A stretch of 63,546 nucleotides of DNA, the filler included, from Octopus bimaculoides (taxonomy: Eukaryota), in the NCBI RefSeq assembly GCF_001194135.2. It is 3 parts of 3 records of this genome, joined end to end, with 100 filler letters (N's around TTAATTAATTAA, not from the genome) between each part and the next. Parts side by side here need not be neighbours in the genome. Positions count along the whole stretch, not along the records: positions 32,743 to 63,546 come from NC_068983.1; 2 more parts are not named here. One strand, written 5' to 3'. The notes under the pieces were generated by a model. That model did no database searches. It worked only from the letters and a program-made list of their open reading frames with translations, and had not been told where the DNA came from. The position numbers and the translations under genes are program-made. Of the stretch, positions 35,306-50,700 are shown one piece after another; the stretch's first letter is position 1; every line of letters starts with the position of its first letter.

Positions 35306-38300
35306 CATCCCAACTTTAACCTTCCAAATTAGGAGCCTTAAACTAACTAAGATTTCTCATAGTTGCAACCTGTTAACAGAGAACTCAGCTTATGCTATAT
35401 ATAAAGTTATACACACAGATAGCTATACATACATACCCATCTGTACACACATACACAAGTAGTAAAGGAGAGTTTACTAGGACATATATAGTGTAGAATA
35501 TTAATGCACACACATTACTTTTTGTTTTCCTTACACTTCTTCAAATATTGGTTCCTAGAGGAATTATACTAACATAAATGAGATATCAAGATGTTTACAA
35601 AAGATCCAGAAAAACTTTCAAGAAACATATTTATGTATATATATATATATATATAATCAATACATAATAGAATATATATACATATTTTCACAGAATACAT
35701 GCATTTTGTGTTACAGATTTGATATTTCCTTGGCAAAGTTCCCTTGTCAAAAGTCATTCTGATTTAAGAAGAGTACAATAATGAAATACATTTCAGTATA
35801 ATATGTAGGTCTTTAATGTAATATACATCCTCCCAGCCCTCAAAACCATTTCTGATATGAAGGTATCAAAATTCAGTAGTCGTGTGCTAACTATTGTTAA
35901 TAGCCAGAAAGTTGAAAGAAGGATAAAGATACTATAATTAAAAAAAAAAAATTTTAATTGAAAAAAAAAGAAAAACATTTGATGAAGATCATAGAATGAT
36001 AAAGATATAAAGCTTTATATATTGGAGGAAGCATAATATAGTTGATCACAAAGTGATTAAATTATTTAACAGTTTTAGCCGAATTAGAATACTAAAATCT
36101 TATGTTTAAAAATAAAGACTATTTTCTTTTTTATTAAGAAAGTAAACATGAAAATGAAACAAGTTTCAGGAGAAGACTGGAATTAAACTTATACCAACCA
36201 CCACAAAGTTTGAAGTTTTATGCCGTAGGATAATGCCAACAACTGTAAATCCAAACTTATCCTCTTCACATAATTAGTTTTCAAATTCAAAGAAATGTAA
36301 TTCAAAGTGAACAAAATAAATGTTATAAACCTAGAAAATGTCTCTACATTATTGTCTGTGAATATCAGAATAGATGTAAATCCAAGTCAGATATATTGAA
36401 ACCTAAATTGATAACTTGTTGTTCATGTCATCTGAAATAATATAATGACAATTATTTAAATAAGAACTATCAACACCTGAATAATCAAAATATTAAATTC
36501 TTGATCTTATAGGTTCGAAATCTAAGCATTCTTACTTGAAATAGATGATAGTGACATAATTGCAGTTCCAGATATATTTTAGTAAAATATTTCTTAATCC
36601 AAGGAAAAAAGGTAGAATAAAATTAAGACAAAATTACTCAAGCATAAAACTTTGAAATCTATCTGAATATGTTTAACAAGTGTTGTATTTTCTCTTGAGG
36701 TTGACTGTTTTCTTATAAAGAAGTCAGTGCTAAATACTACTCTAGATTATGCAGAACACCCTAAATCTTCCATAGGGAAGATGTCATGTAAAATATAAAA
36801 ACTGGTACTTATTTTAATCAACAAACAGAAAAATGAAAGTGAAAGTTGACCCTGGCAGATATCATAACATTTTTTTAACACAATGTAAAAGAACATAAAA
36901 TACTTAATATTTCTACTATCTCTGTACTAAATGACATCATTATGATAAACACTTGAATGGTACCACCCTGAATATAAACAATAAATAATTACTTTAATTT
37001 TTTTTTACTTGTGCACAAGGCTTGTTTCTTCATAAGGAAAGGATCTACAGTCAATCTATTCAAATTTGATTTTGTGAATATTTTAATAGTAACACTATAG
37101 AAGGATATTGTGCTGAAACTGTTTTGGTCACATTTAAACGGGGATCTGTAAAGTGCCTTAACCTGCTGCCAACTTCACACAGATATACAGTAAGAAATAA
37201 TCTGGAGATAATTTTTCTTTTGAGCATCCTTGCAGTTTGCAGGTTTAACCCCCAATCCAACATTTGAAGCTAAGATACTAATTACTATTATTGGAAGACT
37301 CTGGGGAGAAATACCTGCATTCTCTACATCCATAATATACTAACCAATGAGAAAAACACAAACCAATTTGTGTTTTAAATACAAAGAGAGTGAAAAAAAA
37401 TAAAAGCATCACAAAAACAAAATGTAGGGAAAAGTGATTTTCCTCAAATTTTATCCTACTAAAACAAAAGAAATCCAAATTTTGTCTACAGGGTTATAGG
37501 AGGCCCCCATATTGCACTATCACTGCAGCTGCTACCTCACTGAATTATGAGAGTATCATTCAACAAAGCTGGCTCTTGAGTTACAGATACACACCATTAG
37601 ATAGATTTCCATAGTATCTCCATACTCAATATGATTCACAGACACATACACAAATATATATATAGAGAGAGAGTGAAACTTACAGACAGACCCAGAGTGG
37701 AGAACACATGACATTAATGAGGTTGCTGATGGCAAAAAAAGGCTCTCATGAACCTAACTGATTGGTTGCCTGATCAAACAATCAAACAACTGATGAGTTA
37801 ACTGGTTAACTAGTTGACTAATTATAATTTTAAAAAAGTGAAATAGAACCAGTGTGTGTGCTTATTATTGGCATAATGACCCTTCCAAGACAACAAAATT
37901 TTGTTTCAACATACAATTTCACATCAAGAATCTTGCAAACTAAATACAATAACGAAATATATAATCCATAATTGTTAGTCAAACAAAACATATTCTGCCA
38001 GACTAAATATGAATTAAATATTTTTTATTCACTCTCAGACATATCTTAATAATAATGAATTTATTCTATACAGTGCTCAGGTGCACTACAAGTTCTTTAT
38101 TCAAAGAGGCTAGAAATAGCTTCTTTTGAAGTTGTCAACCCCTGGAATATCATCACTTAACGTTTCCGTTTCCATGCTGGCATGAGTTGGACAGTTTGAG
38201 AAGAACAGACAAGCCAGAGGGCTCTGCCAGGATCTATGTCTGCTTAAGTATGGTTTCTACAGCTGGATGCTCTTCCTAATGCCAACCATTTAACAGAGTA

Positions 38301-38538
38301 TTTTGGGTGCTTTTTACATGGCACCAACACATACGCACACACAGAAAGGAGCAGTTAAAATAAAATATTTGTCAGCACATCTAAGTAAAAACTGCTCATT
38401 ATGACAACTTCTCAGTAGGAAGAGAATAGGAAAAGAAAGAATTTGTAGGATTAGCAAAGAACAAGAGAGATATAAGAAGTGGTGGATGGAAACAGTGAGG
38501 AATCTCAATAATCATCACCATATATACAAGAAATATTT

Positions 38539-38753
38539 TTTCTATTATAGGCACAAAGCCTGAAATTTGGGGAGGGGGAGGACTAGTTAATGACAGTGAC
38601 CCCAGTGTTTCACCTGGTACCAATTTTATCAACCCTGAAATGATGAAAGGTAAAGTTGACCTCAGTGGAATCTGAACTCAAAATGTAAAAATGGGCCAAA
38701 TGCCATTAAGAATTTTGTCCAGTGCAGTAACAATTCTGCCAGTGCACTGACTT
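38539..38753 (-). mobile_element. Family-B SINE, CpG-decayed
   Basis: Colinear with the 16.4 kb copies; CpG sites read TG/CA. Confidence 0.8.
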
Positions 38754-39139
38754 ATAATCAGGGAATAACAGCAGCAAAATTATCCAGGATCTGGAGAGAA
38801 CTATCGATATATGTAGATGTGGCAGGTTTGTATACATGCGGGTTTATTGGTGTCTTTGGTCATAACATGCATGTATACACAGACATCATAGGACAGGTAA
38901 CTGGAAGGAGTTACTCAGTTAAATTGCACAGTGAAAAACATACATCAGTATCAGTCGTATTACTAACTAAGGCTTGATATAGAAAGTATATTTAAAAATT
39001 AAAGAAAAAAGGCTCCAAACAACAACAAAAAAAAAGCAATTCTCAAAAAAACATCAGGAAGATAAAATTTCAAATAATACAGAACAATAAGGATGACTAA
39101 ATCAATCAAAATATGTAAAATGTAGTGCCAATAATAATG

Positions 39140-39194
<55 letters not shown>

Positions 39195-39221
39195 TAATAA
39201 TAATGATAAGGGTGATGATAA

Positions 39222-39592
39222 TACTTTCTGCTGTGGCACAAGGCCTGAAATTTGGGGGGAAGGTACTACTCAATTACATCGACCCCAGTGCTAAACTGGT
39301 ACTTAATTTATCAACCTCAAAAGAATGAAAGACAAAGTCAACTTTGGAGAAATTTGAACTCAGAATGTAAAGATGGACAAAATACTGCTAAGCATGCTAA
39401 TGATTCTGCCAGCTCACTGCTTTAATAATAATAATCCTTTCTACTATAGACACAAGACCTGAAATTTAGGGGAGGGGGCTAGTCGATTACATCAACCCCT
39501 GTGTTCAATCTGTACTTATTTCATCAACCCCAAAAGGATGAAAGGCAAAGTCGACCTTGCCGGAATTTGAACTCAGAATGTAAAGACAGACA
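39222..39592 (-). mobile_element. Two head-to-tail family-B SINE copies separated by (AAT)n
   Basis: AGGC/ACACAAG.CCTGAAATT...AAAGTC.AC units repeated. Confidence 0.8.
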
Positions 39593-39942
39593 AATAATAA
39601 TACAATATTTTGTCCTGTATGACTTAGGAAATTTTTTAAAAATGTAATGCAAAATGAAAATATAAATTTTTTTCAAATCCTAAAGGAAGACATAGGTAAT
39701 GAAATAAACTCCCTAATCATATACATAGGATTAGATATATCATAATATTTGGCAATGGGAATTTCTGGAAGATAGGTGAGGAGAAAAATATAATACATAA
39801 GTGTAAGTATGTACAAGTATATGTATATTGTCTGGAGTATTTTTTGGTTACATTACAACTTTCCCAAATTTTCAGTTAACGAATCAGATATTTGGCTATG
39901 TTCATGTATGCTTGCAACTGAAAAATAATCCAACTGTTAAAT

Positions 39943-39944
<2 letters not shown>

Positions 39945-39989
<45 letters not shown>

Positions 39990-40225
39990 ATATATATAAT
40001 ATATTATATATATATAATGTATATATATAATATATAACATATATCATATATATATAATATATATATTATATCTAGATTATATATATATAATAATATATAT
40101 TATATCTATATATAATATATGTTATATCTATATTATATATATATATAATATATATATTATATATATTATATATATATATATTATATATATATTATATATA
40201 TTATATATATATTATATATATTATA
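39945..40225. repeat. Nearly pure A/T complex array (TATA/TATAA/ATATT units)
   Basis: Direct reading. Confidence 0.9.
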
Positions 40226-40272
40226 GTCTGTAGTATTGTATTGAGTCATTTTTGTTGAAATTTTCTTTTGCC

Positions 40273-40306
<34 letters not shown>

Positions 40307-41904
40307 AAGAGTAAATAAAAAAAGGAAAATTAATAATACTTAAAAATATAATTTTTAATAGCATCGTTCATTTACTCATTCTTTACATTTAACCATTATA
40401 TATATTTCTATATCCATGCACTTCGGGTAAATAATGAATAATTTGTATGCTATTGTTTATGTAAGTAGTAGAACTGCTGTGAAGCTGGTATAGAGCCAAT
40501 TCATTTGCCCTGCAGCTATCTCTAAAAGAGTTAAATACTTTTACTAAACACTAATAATAGTGCATATTCATAAATGGATATAATCCACTAGATACAGGAA
40601 GACTGAAAATTAATTTATCTAAATGAAATTGTAGTGTGTATGATGTTATATGCAGAATTACAATTAGTTTTGAAATTAATCTAGATGTTATCATCATGCT
40701 TTGTATGTCTGATGATATATGGATGAAAAAATTCTGCTAAAACATAATTTATTTCTACACTGAAATAACTAAAAGATTATAAATATACATATTTATGTGT
40801 GCAGTACTGATGATCAGATAGTGAGAACTACTCTGGGCGTAAGCAAGAGGAAATCGTTTTTTAAGAACCTAAAATAATATCTTCAAATTTACATCAGGTT
40901 TTCTACATAAATTAGATGATATATATCCATAACAGACTAAAATATAGAGAAGACTAATGACTTATAAGCAATATTAAAACTTTCAAAAATTCTCGACCCT
41001 TCTCCTACAAACAATCAGATTCATCTCTGATAGTAAATATAACAAAATCCTGTGATACATAACATTTTATCATTACTACATTGAATTAACTAAAATACTA
41101 AATATACAGGTGTCTGTATTCACATGACTGGGAGACACCAAGAAATGTATTTCTGGTTACCAACACAAAAAGACAGTGCAAACATCTAAACTAGATTTTA
41201 TACCCGAAATTTCAATAAAACATATGCATAGCTGATATATTATTTGAGTACCTTGTCACTTCAACTAGTTACTTGGTGCTAGTGTCCTGCAAATATCGAT
41301 AGGGGGGAAATATCTGCTAAGAAAGCTATGTCACAAATTTTGAAAGCTTTAATCCACCCCCTAATTGGATTAAAGGATGAGGTGGAATTGTAAAGGAGGT
41401 GGCAATATAGTTTTTGCATTTTCCTCTGTTTCGAGAAATACATTAACCATGGAAACCAGTGCAAGGTTTGGAAACCTCACAGGATTTACGAAATTTCTCA
41501 GTCCTGTAAGAGTTTTCCCATTTTATGGTAGTAAGGTCCTACACATAGGAGGGAAGATCGTTCTTATATGAGATGAGTATCATATGGCATGGAAGGAGAA
41601 AATGGCAGTAAATGCTTTGTAAGTATCTTAATAAATAGTTTGAGAGAGAATATTGCACTGAGATGGGGGGGGGGTTGAAATGTGGTGGGGGATTGAAATG
41701 GAATCAAGAGAATTAGAATTAGATTGCATGAACATCTCTAAGTGTTAAGAATTTGGCAGTGAAAATATTCTTTGCTAGCTGAAGGGAGCTGAGCAAATTT
41801 ATTTACTCAATATTTTTACATTTTCCTCTAAACAAAAGGACAATTTTTATTATTATTATTATTTTTTTTTTAATGTTGCTGTTTTCCCACAGAAGGGTTG
41901 TAGT

Positions 41905-42075
41905 CACTGAAAACAAGTATAGTATATTACCGGTATTTATTGTATTGACCCAGGAAAGATGAAAGACAAAGTTTGACTCCAGAAGAATTTCAACTTTGAA
42001 AGTCAAGAAAAAAAAACAAAAACAAAAATGATATATGCTATTGTATTATTCCATTGACTAACATTTCTGCCAAAT
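41905..42075 (-). mobile_element. Degenerate family-B SINE
   Basis: GGTATTTATTGTATTGACCCAGGAAAGATGAAAGACAAAGTTTGAC. Confidence 0.6.
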
Positions 42076-43435
42076 TATATGTCTTATTGTTAAAATCAAT
42101 ACTGGAATATTATAAATTCAATAAAAATTAAATTTTAGATACCTTACACTTCCTGTAGTTCAACAGGCAGAAATTTCGAGATAAAGGAAAATAAATATTA
42201 ATGGCAGTTGTTGTTGTCATTGTTTAACTCACCCAGCACAATTTTGATTGAGTAAACCTATGGTCGAAGATTTCCAACCATGACTAACCCATTTATATAG
42301 AACTATAATATTCAATATGTTCACTGTTTAAGATAGTGGGGTATAATTTAGGAGATCTGGCTGAAACTTCTTACAGGTCAAGCAATCACAAAAGTGCTAC
42401 ATCCATCAGGAGACAAAATATAAGCAACAAAATATGTTTCAGTTATGATGAATTTGTACAGCCTGAACCATAGTGGTTTTACAACAGAGATTATATGGAG
42501 AGAAATAGTTTAAACATTCAAAACTTTATGAGCCATTTAGAATCTTCACCAGGTATGAATAAGCCCTTGGCATCAGATAAGCCTTTGGCACCAGGTTTAT
42601 TTACTCAGCTATAGAAATTTCTCAAAATTATTTCCTTTATAAATGTTGTAAAAAAAAAATTTTTTTTTTCTTTTTTTTAAAGATAGGTGTTGAACTATTA
42701 ACATAATTTAGTTGAAAATGTTGAATCCTGCCCCCCCCCCCCATTTCCTGACAGATGATAATTCACAAAAAAGCACAAAATTCTTTGATGCCAAACTACA
42801 CAACACGTCTTCCTTGTTATGAACTCGCTGAAGTGATCTAAATAAAAAAAAAGTTCATATCTAAATCAAAGTTTCTGACCAAAATCTCATAACAATATAA
42901 ATGTAAGAAAAAATCTTTCAAAAGTTTTATGCCAGAGCTGTTAGTTAAGTAGCATTCCAAACACCAGTTTAACACTTGAATGCATGCATTAAAAAAAAAA
43001 AAAAATGAAGTATTATATTACTAAACCCCTCCAAATTCTTGATTATTTCAAAAATTAATTCACTCATATAAACAGATTATTCTTGTAAGAAATATGGTCA
43101 CAAAGAGGATTGAAATAGTAAGAAAAGTTAAGTTAGATAATGAGTAAAACAAATGAGTAGAAAGAAATTAACGAATGTATGTGAACAACAGTAATGGGTA
43201 CGCAATGTTTAACAATATTTAAAAAATGTGCATCAGTATTTTAAATTATGTGCGCGTGAGATTGCCTTTTTTTTTAAGGGCATTTCTTTGAATGAGCTGC
43301 ATAGATGAACTACAAATGTTTCAAGAAAGTAATATCAGTAGTAATAGAAGGAACAACAAGAAAGAACAAAAGATAATTGACCAAAATGAAGAGGATCAAA
43401 CATTCAGCTGAAAAACAAATAATAATAATAATAAT

Positions 43436-43639
43436 AATCCTTTCTACTATAGGCACATGGCCAGAAATGTGAGGGGAGGGGGAAAATCGATTACATTGAC
43501 GCCAGTGCTCAACAGGTATTTATTTTATTGACCCTGAAACGACGAAGGGCAAAGTTAACTTCAGCGTAATTTGAACTCAGAACATTAAGACAGACAAAAT
43601 TTGCCCAATGTGCTAATGATTTTGCCAGCTCACCACCTT

Positions 43640-43687
<48 letters not shown>

Positions 43688-44620
43688 CCTTTCTACAATA
43701 GAGGCAAGGCCTGATGTTTTGGGGAGAGGTCTAGTTGATTACTTGATGCCAGTGTTCAAAAGGACAAAAGGCAAAGTCGACCTCAGCAGAATTTGAACAC
43801 AGAATGACAAAATACCACTAAACATTTTGCCCAGCATGCTAACAGTTCTGCCAGTTTGCCCCCTTTATTATAATAATAATAATAGTTTCTGATTTAGGCA
43901 CAAGGCCAGCAATTTTGAGAGGAGAAGTTGATATTGATCTCAGTACTTAACTGGGACTTTATTTTATCAACCTCCAGCTCATGTGGTAAAGCATTTTTTC
44001 CTGACACTAACAATTCTGTCAGTTTTCTACCTTAATAATAATAATGATGGTGATTTCTAATTTAGGCACAAAGCCCGATATCTGAGGGGGGCCACAGATG
44101 ATTATAAGAAATCTCCCAAGTATTTGATTGGTACATTGTTCTAGCAACCATGAATAGATGAAAGGCAGAGTTGGCTCAGGCAGGATTTGAACCAAGAATA
44201 TCAAGAGACATAACTGAATACCTGGAGGCATTTGATCTGGTGCCCTACAAATTCTGCCACCTATCATCTAAACAAGAATAATAATAATGATTTTTTTACT
44301 ATTTTTTTAAACTGATTTCTAACATTGGCACAATGTAACAATTTGTAAAGAAGGGATTTCTTTTTTTTTTGAGACGACCGAATTAATCTCAGCACTTGAA
44401 TTCAAGACGTAAAGGGAAACATCTAAATACTACAATGTAATTAAGACCAGCACTAACTTTTGACACTCTACTGCCCCCCCCCCCNNNNNNNNNNATTTTA
44501 TTGACCCCCAAAAGAATGAAAGGCAAAGTCAATTTTGGTGGAATTTGAACTCCAAATTAAGCATTTTGTCCAGTGTGCTAACAATTCTGCCAGCTCACCA
44601 CCTTAATAATGATATTAATG

Positions 44621-44658
<38 letters not shown>

Positions 44659-45260
44659 CACAACAATAATAAATGGTTTGCAAAATATGCAAAAAACCAG
44701 GATGTTTAAATGGATCGGAATGGATATAGAGAAATTTACAAATTTCCTGTAAGTATTAACGAGTAAGGCAGAGATTTTGAAATGGCAGTCATGGACTTAT
44801 TTGGATTGCCAAAAACTTACAACTGTAATCAATAATAATCGTTTCTAATTATGACAAAAGATCAGCAATTTTGAGGGGAAGGGGGCTAATTTGTTACATC
44901 AAGCTCAGTGCTTGAATAGTAGTTTATTTTATCAACCCCCAAAGGAAAGAAAAGCAAAGTTAACCTTGGTGAGATTTGAACATAGGAACAAATACTGGAA
45001 GGTAATAATTCTATGAATCCACCACCAATGGCAATAAAAATAATTCTAATTATTTCTTATATAGACCCAAGGTAAAAAAAAATCGGAGGGAGGGTGATTG
45101 ATTGGTTAGGCATTTACATCAGCCCCAGTTATTGACCAGCTTTTTTTATTTATTTTATCAATTTCCAAAGTATGTAAAGCTAAGCTGACTTTGATAGGAT
45201 TTGAACTCGGGACATAGAGTCATAACTAAATACTGCAAGGCATTTTGCCCAATGATCTAA
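43436..45260 (-). mobile_element. Array of about 7 same-strand family-B SINE copies of graded divergence, spaced by (AAT)n
   Basis: Recurring TCC/TTTCTACTATAGGCAC...GGCAAAGT..ACCT..G..GAATTTGAAC...CTGCCAGCTCACC units. Confidence 0.8.
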
Positions 45261-45779
45261 TTAATTCTAATATTAATAATAATGATGATGATGGCTATGA
45301 TGCTGTAATTTTTCTCATACCAATTTGTTTTCATAGAGTTTAGAGCCAAACAGCATCATACCAAAAAGATGTTCTTGGTGATAAAAATAAATAACTAATA
45401 TGCAAAGGAATCTACATACAATTTAAACAAAAAAATTCAAATATACATTATGACATTCAGAGATGAAGAAATAATTATTTTGATTTAATTATGACACATA
45501 CACTCACAAAGATCAATGTTTTTTTGAGAACAAAAAACACCAGAAACTGTCCCTGGTTTTATGGGACAAACATTCTATTTTGAAGTGACCTAAATTAAAA
45601 CCTTCCTTCAAAAATTTCGTGTTTTAATATTTTGTTCTAAAAACCAACTCAATAATGACAGAGTTATTATTTTCAAAATTACTTGAAGCTAATGCAACCA
45701 ACACCAACAGAAATATGGTAACAAAAAGGTTATATTCCTAAAACTTGCAACAAAATTCCATTCAAATCATACCCATACC

Positions 45780-45900
45780 ATCTTAAGAAAAGGAAAGACA
45801 CACTAGATAAATGTGAAAGAAGGGATGGTCAGCGTAGGAATGCCTTTCATCATAGGTTTGTTCAATCAAGGATTCACCAGGGGAGTAAACAACAACCTAT
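45780..45900 (+). mobile_element. Family-C SINE-like 3' region
   Basis: GGGATGGTCA...GGAATGCCTTTCATCATAGG...AAACAACAAC, shared with about 48330-48550, 53300-53510 and 53870-53950. Confidence 0.55.
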
Positions 45901-47343
45901 AATTTTCTAACTTATAAAATCAGAAAAAAATTTGGTTCTTTAAATACATATTCTAAGTGAGGAAAGAAAAAGACAGAAAAATCATAAAAACAAATCTAAG
46001 TAGACTATAATGATTAAAATACCTTAATAGGTGCTGAGACAAGAGAGAATGAAGGGGACAGAGAGAAGAAGGTTATTATCAAAATCTTAATTTTACAACC
46101 TCTTCTCTACAATGTAGGTGGAAATTAAATAAATGACAAAGGAACAGGAAATTATGCAATATATACTTCACTGGCTTACAGTTGTTTCTGCTATATGATG
46201 CGTTTCATTTTAGAAGCTCCAAAGAAGCTATAAGGTGATACACAAGCACTCAGCTCTAAGTGCATTGCTTCTTATATCAGAAACAGCTGTAAGGTAATAA
46301 AGTTCACCAAAACAATTTCCTGTTTCTTTCTCATTTATTTAATTTCATATTACACTCTGTATTCAACTAATGCTTTTCCCTGAAGCATATGTATATTGAG
46401 TTCTAAATCAGGTTATTAGTATCGCCATGCCTGAGCAATATAATAGTATATTAAATGTCTAAACTCTTAAAGACGATGTTAAAACTTTCAAAAATTATAT
46501 TTTGTTTTAACAATAAATCATTTTGGAAACATAGCCATTAATAAAAAACTAATGATGTTAAAATCAAATGCTCACAGATACCATATTTTGTCAAACTNNN
46601 NNNNNNNNNNNNNNNNNNNNNNNNNNNNNNNNNNNNNNNNNNNNNNNNNNNNNNNNNNNNNNNNNNNNNNNNNNNNNNNNNNNNNNNNNNNNNNNNNNNN
46701 NNNNNNNNNNNNNNNNNNNNNNNNNNNNNNNNNNNNNNNNNNNNNNNNNNNNNNNNNNNNNNNNNNNNNNNNNNNNNNNNNNNNNNNNNNNNNNNNNNNN
46801 NNNNNNNNNNNNNNNNNNNNNNNNNNNNNNNNNNNNNNNNNNNNNNNNNNNNNNNNNNNNNNNNNNNNNNNNNNNNNNNNNNNNNNNNNNNNNNNNNNNN
46901 NNNNNNNNNNNNNNNNNNNNNNNNNNNNNNNNNNNNNNNNNNNNNNNNNNNNNNNNNNNNNNNNNNNNNNNNNNNNNNNNNNNNNNNNNNNNNNNNNNNN
47001 NNNNNNNNNNNNNNNNNNNNNNNNNNNNNNNNNNNNNNNNNNNNNNNNNNNNNNNNNNNNNNNNNNNNNNNNNNNNNNNNNNNNNNNNNNNNNNNNNNNN
47101 NNNNNNNNNNNNNNNNNNNNNNNNNNNNNNNNNNNNNNNNNNNNNNNNNNNNNNNNNNNNNNNNNNNNNNNNNNNNNNNNNNNNNNNNNNNNNNNNNNNN
47201 NNNNNNNNNNNTATATGCATATATATGGGAGGTACAGGTGTGTATAAAAGTATTTAAAGAAAGGTAAGAAGAAAGCATGAGCAATGAATGGTATGAAATA
47301 AAGTCAGAAAATTATGTGTATGAGCATAATTCATGCATGCACA

Positions 47344-47390
<47 letters not shown>

Positions 47391-48135
47391 TGAGAGTAGA
47401 GAAGAAACAAATTGCTAACATTCGTATGAATAGATAATAGAAGAAAAATTATTTGGAATAAAAGAAATAATGTTAATACACCTACATGAAGAAAATCAGT
47501 ATGATGGAGCTCCTATAGATTACAAGACATACATACATACATACATACATACATGTGTGTGTGTACATACATCAGGAAAGCATATGTATATATAGGAGTA
47601 TGGATGTGTGTTTGTGTTGGTACATATGTATGTATGTATGCATGCATGTAAGTAGATTTGAAAATTTTGAAAAATGATTCCAACAGTATATGTTTATGGA
47701 ACTCTGGGAAAATCAATCAATCACAGTTGCCATAACAAAGTATGTAAAATGTATGCAATTTACATAAGTACAATGACAAGATGATGTTTCCACAGGCAAC
47801 AGCGCTGCCTGTCACTGCTTCTATTGGCAGAAGCAATAATGGTCTTTGATGAAAGGGTACATGTATGTGTGTGTGTGTGTGTGAGAGTGTGTGTTTGCAT
47901 GTGTGAGTGGAGAGAGAGAGAGAGAGAGAGAGATATATAGGGACATTTGAAATGGCATGATTTCAGCTATAGAAAATGGAAGAAAATTTCTCTATCTCAA
48001 ATACACATACACATTCACCGATTCATAGAGACAAACACTGTTTCTGATATAAAAAACAGTAAAGAGTATAAGATCCTCTACACCACATACACACAACACA
48101 CACACATATCAAATATATATATTTATTTATATTTA

Positions 48136-48176
<41 letters not shown>

Positions 48177-49039
48177 ACATGCAGTAATATTTCTCAACCC
48201 ATCAATTTCATGAGACATTTTATTCCAATGTATAATAAATATTATTCCACATGGTTTATGTACAAAACACATACAGGTAGTGGATAAATGTACATATAGT
48301 GTGTTATAGCTGCGCAAGTCAATGAAGCAGCCTCCATGTGGTCACTCAATTTGCTAGATATAACAGTTGAATACCCTTCAAATCATATCCTATCACATTC
48401 CAAAAAGAAGGGAGGAGGAGGAAACACTAAATTGTGTAATTTTATAATCATTGCTTTTAAAAAATAATCATAAGAAGAGAAAGAGGCAGGATGGTTCCAG
48501 CTGGAGAGCATTTGATTACTTGTGGAATCAGGCCTGAACTAAGACAACAAAATATTTTGAAGTATTTAGGAGATTGAAAGGCAAATATTAAAGGAAAATG
48601 CAAAATGAAAAAGGAAAAAAAAAAAAAATTGTACCTTAATAACCAACCCCATATTAATGAAAACAACAAGGGAGCTTTGCTATGTGGACATTTGATTTGT
48701 TAGAAATAAACACCTAATCTTCCTCAAATCACACATAGAGTCTACTTGCTATTTTATTAATATGAGGAAGGATGCACAAAATTAATGTAGATAATGTAGT
48801 CATTGTTATATTGTCTCTGGTGGAAAAATAAATTGGTATTAGTCATGGATGCAGTGCCTTTGAGCATATGACCTGCTCAATCAGCACTGACGACAACAAT
48901 TACTTCATTAATACACGTAATCAAAGAGTTGTCTTAGAATATTTCCTGTAAACAGATTAACCAGAAAAGAAAATGGTTCTCTTTGTTGTTGCTCCCCTTT
49001 AACCCCTACCGTTACTGCCACTTTTGTTTTCGACTTTGT

Positions 49040-49390
49040 GAAGAAGCTTGCTTCCTAACCACATGGTTCCGGGTTCAGTCCCACTGTGTGGGACCTTGGG
49101 CAAGTGTCATCTACTAATCTACTAAATTCTTGGGCTGACCAAAACCTTGTGAGTGGATCTGGTAGAGAGAACCTGAAAGAAGCCTATCATATATATCTGT
49201 GGGTGGGGGGTGGGGGTGTATGTTCCCCCACTACCGCTTGACAACCAGTGTTGGTGGGTTTATGTTCCCGTAACTTAGCAGTTCAGCAAAAGAGTCCGAT
49301 AGAATAAGCACCAGGCTTTAAAAAAACAAGTACTGGGGTCGATTGATTTGACTAAAATTCTTCAAGGCAGTACTCCAGCATGGCTGCAGC
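49040..49390 (+). mobile_element. Family-A SINE
   Basis: CCACATGGTTCCGGGTTCAGTCCCACTG...ACCTTGGGCAAGTG...CTCCAGCATGGCTGCAG. Confidence 0.85.
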
Positions 49391-49844
49391 NNNNNNNNNN
49401 NNNNNNNNNNNNNNNNNNNNNNNNNNNNNNNNNNNNNNNNNNNNNNNNNNNNNNNNNNNNNNNNNNNNNNNNNNNNNNNNNNNNNNNNNNNNNNNNNNNN
49501 NNNNNNNNNNNNNNNNNNNNNNNNNNNNNNNNNNNNNNNNNNNNNNNNNNNNNNNNNNNNNNNNNNNNNNNNNNNNNNNNNNNNNNNNNNNNNNNNNNNN
49601 NNNNNNNNNNNNNNNNNNNNNNNNNNNNNNNNNNNNNNNNNNNNNNNNNNNNNNNNNNNNNNNNNNNNNNNNNNNNNNNNNNNNNNNNNNNNNNNNNNNN
49701 NNNNNNNNNNNNNNNNNNNNNNNNNNNNNNNNNNNNNNNNNNNNNNNNNNNNNNNNNNNNNNNNNNNNNNNNNNNNNNNNNNNNNNNNNNNNNNNNNNNN
49801 NNNNNNNNNNNNNNNNNNNNNNNNNNNNNNNNNNNNNNNNNNGC

Positions 49845-50700
49845 AAAAGGCCATCAATTTTGAAGCGAAGGGGTTTAGTTAGTTGATTATATTGATGACT
49901 CTAGTGCTTGGCAGGTACATTATTTTATCAATCCCCCAAAAACATGAATGAAAGGTAGAGTTCTGCCAGGCAGAATTTGAATTCGGAAAGTACAGAACTA
50001 GAACAAATGCCACAGAGCATATTTCCCAACATCCCTAAGGATTCTGCTAGTCTACCACCTTTATTTTTATCGTTAATTACAATAATAATTTCTACCCTTG
50101 CTTGCTACAAGAGAACATTGTGGGGTGAATTGTAATCTAAGATTTGAGTTGTATTTCATCCACTCCAGAAGGATGGAAAGAAAAGCTGACCCTAATGATA
50201 TTTGAATTCAAAACATAAAAGGGACTACATACTAAATACCATGTGGCATTTAGTTGAAATATATATGTATGTTTGTATGTATTGTCATATACCACCAAAA
50301 TAATAATTGCTTCTAAAGTTGGTCACAAAGCCAAGAAGTTGGATGAGAAGTAGTTGATTTAAGTCAACCCAGAAGTTGACAGGTATGCTATTTTATTGAC
50401 CTCCAAAGGGAGGAAAGGCAAAGTTGACCAAATAGGAATTGAACTCAGAAAGAAAGTAAATTTTTGCCCATTGATTTAGCAATTTTGCTTACTAACAATA
50501 AAAATGTTGGCCATCGATTTCTTTTAAGGAACAAGGAGGTATTTTATGTTGAAGGTCTATAGGCAATAAATGTAGACCTTTCGTATAACTGGTACTTGTT
50601 TTACCAACATTCAGAGTAATGAAAGGCCAAGTTGACTCCCTGTGGCATTTGGAATTCAGAATGCAGAGGGAGCCAAAGCTGAATACATTAAAGCATTCAA
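49845..50700 (-). mobile_element. Array of about 4 old family-B SINE copies
   Basis: Repeated TTTTATT/CAATC...GAAAGG.AAAG.TGAC...GAATT units. Confidence 0.6.

Noticed and set aside
40801-40835. CTGATGA-TCA/TGA-GAAC as an HHR or C/D snoRNA
   Set aside because: No stem III or UH site for an HHR, and no terminal D box with a closing stem for a snoRNA.
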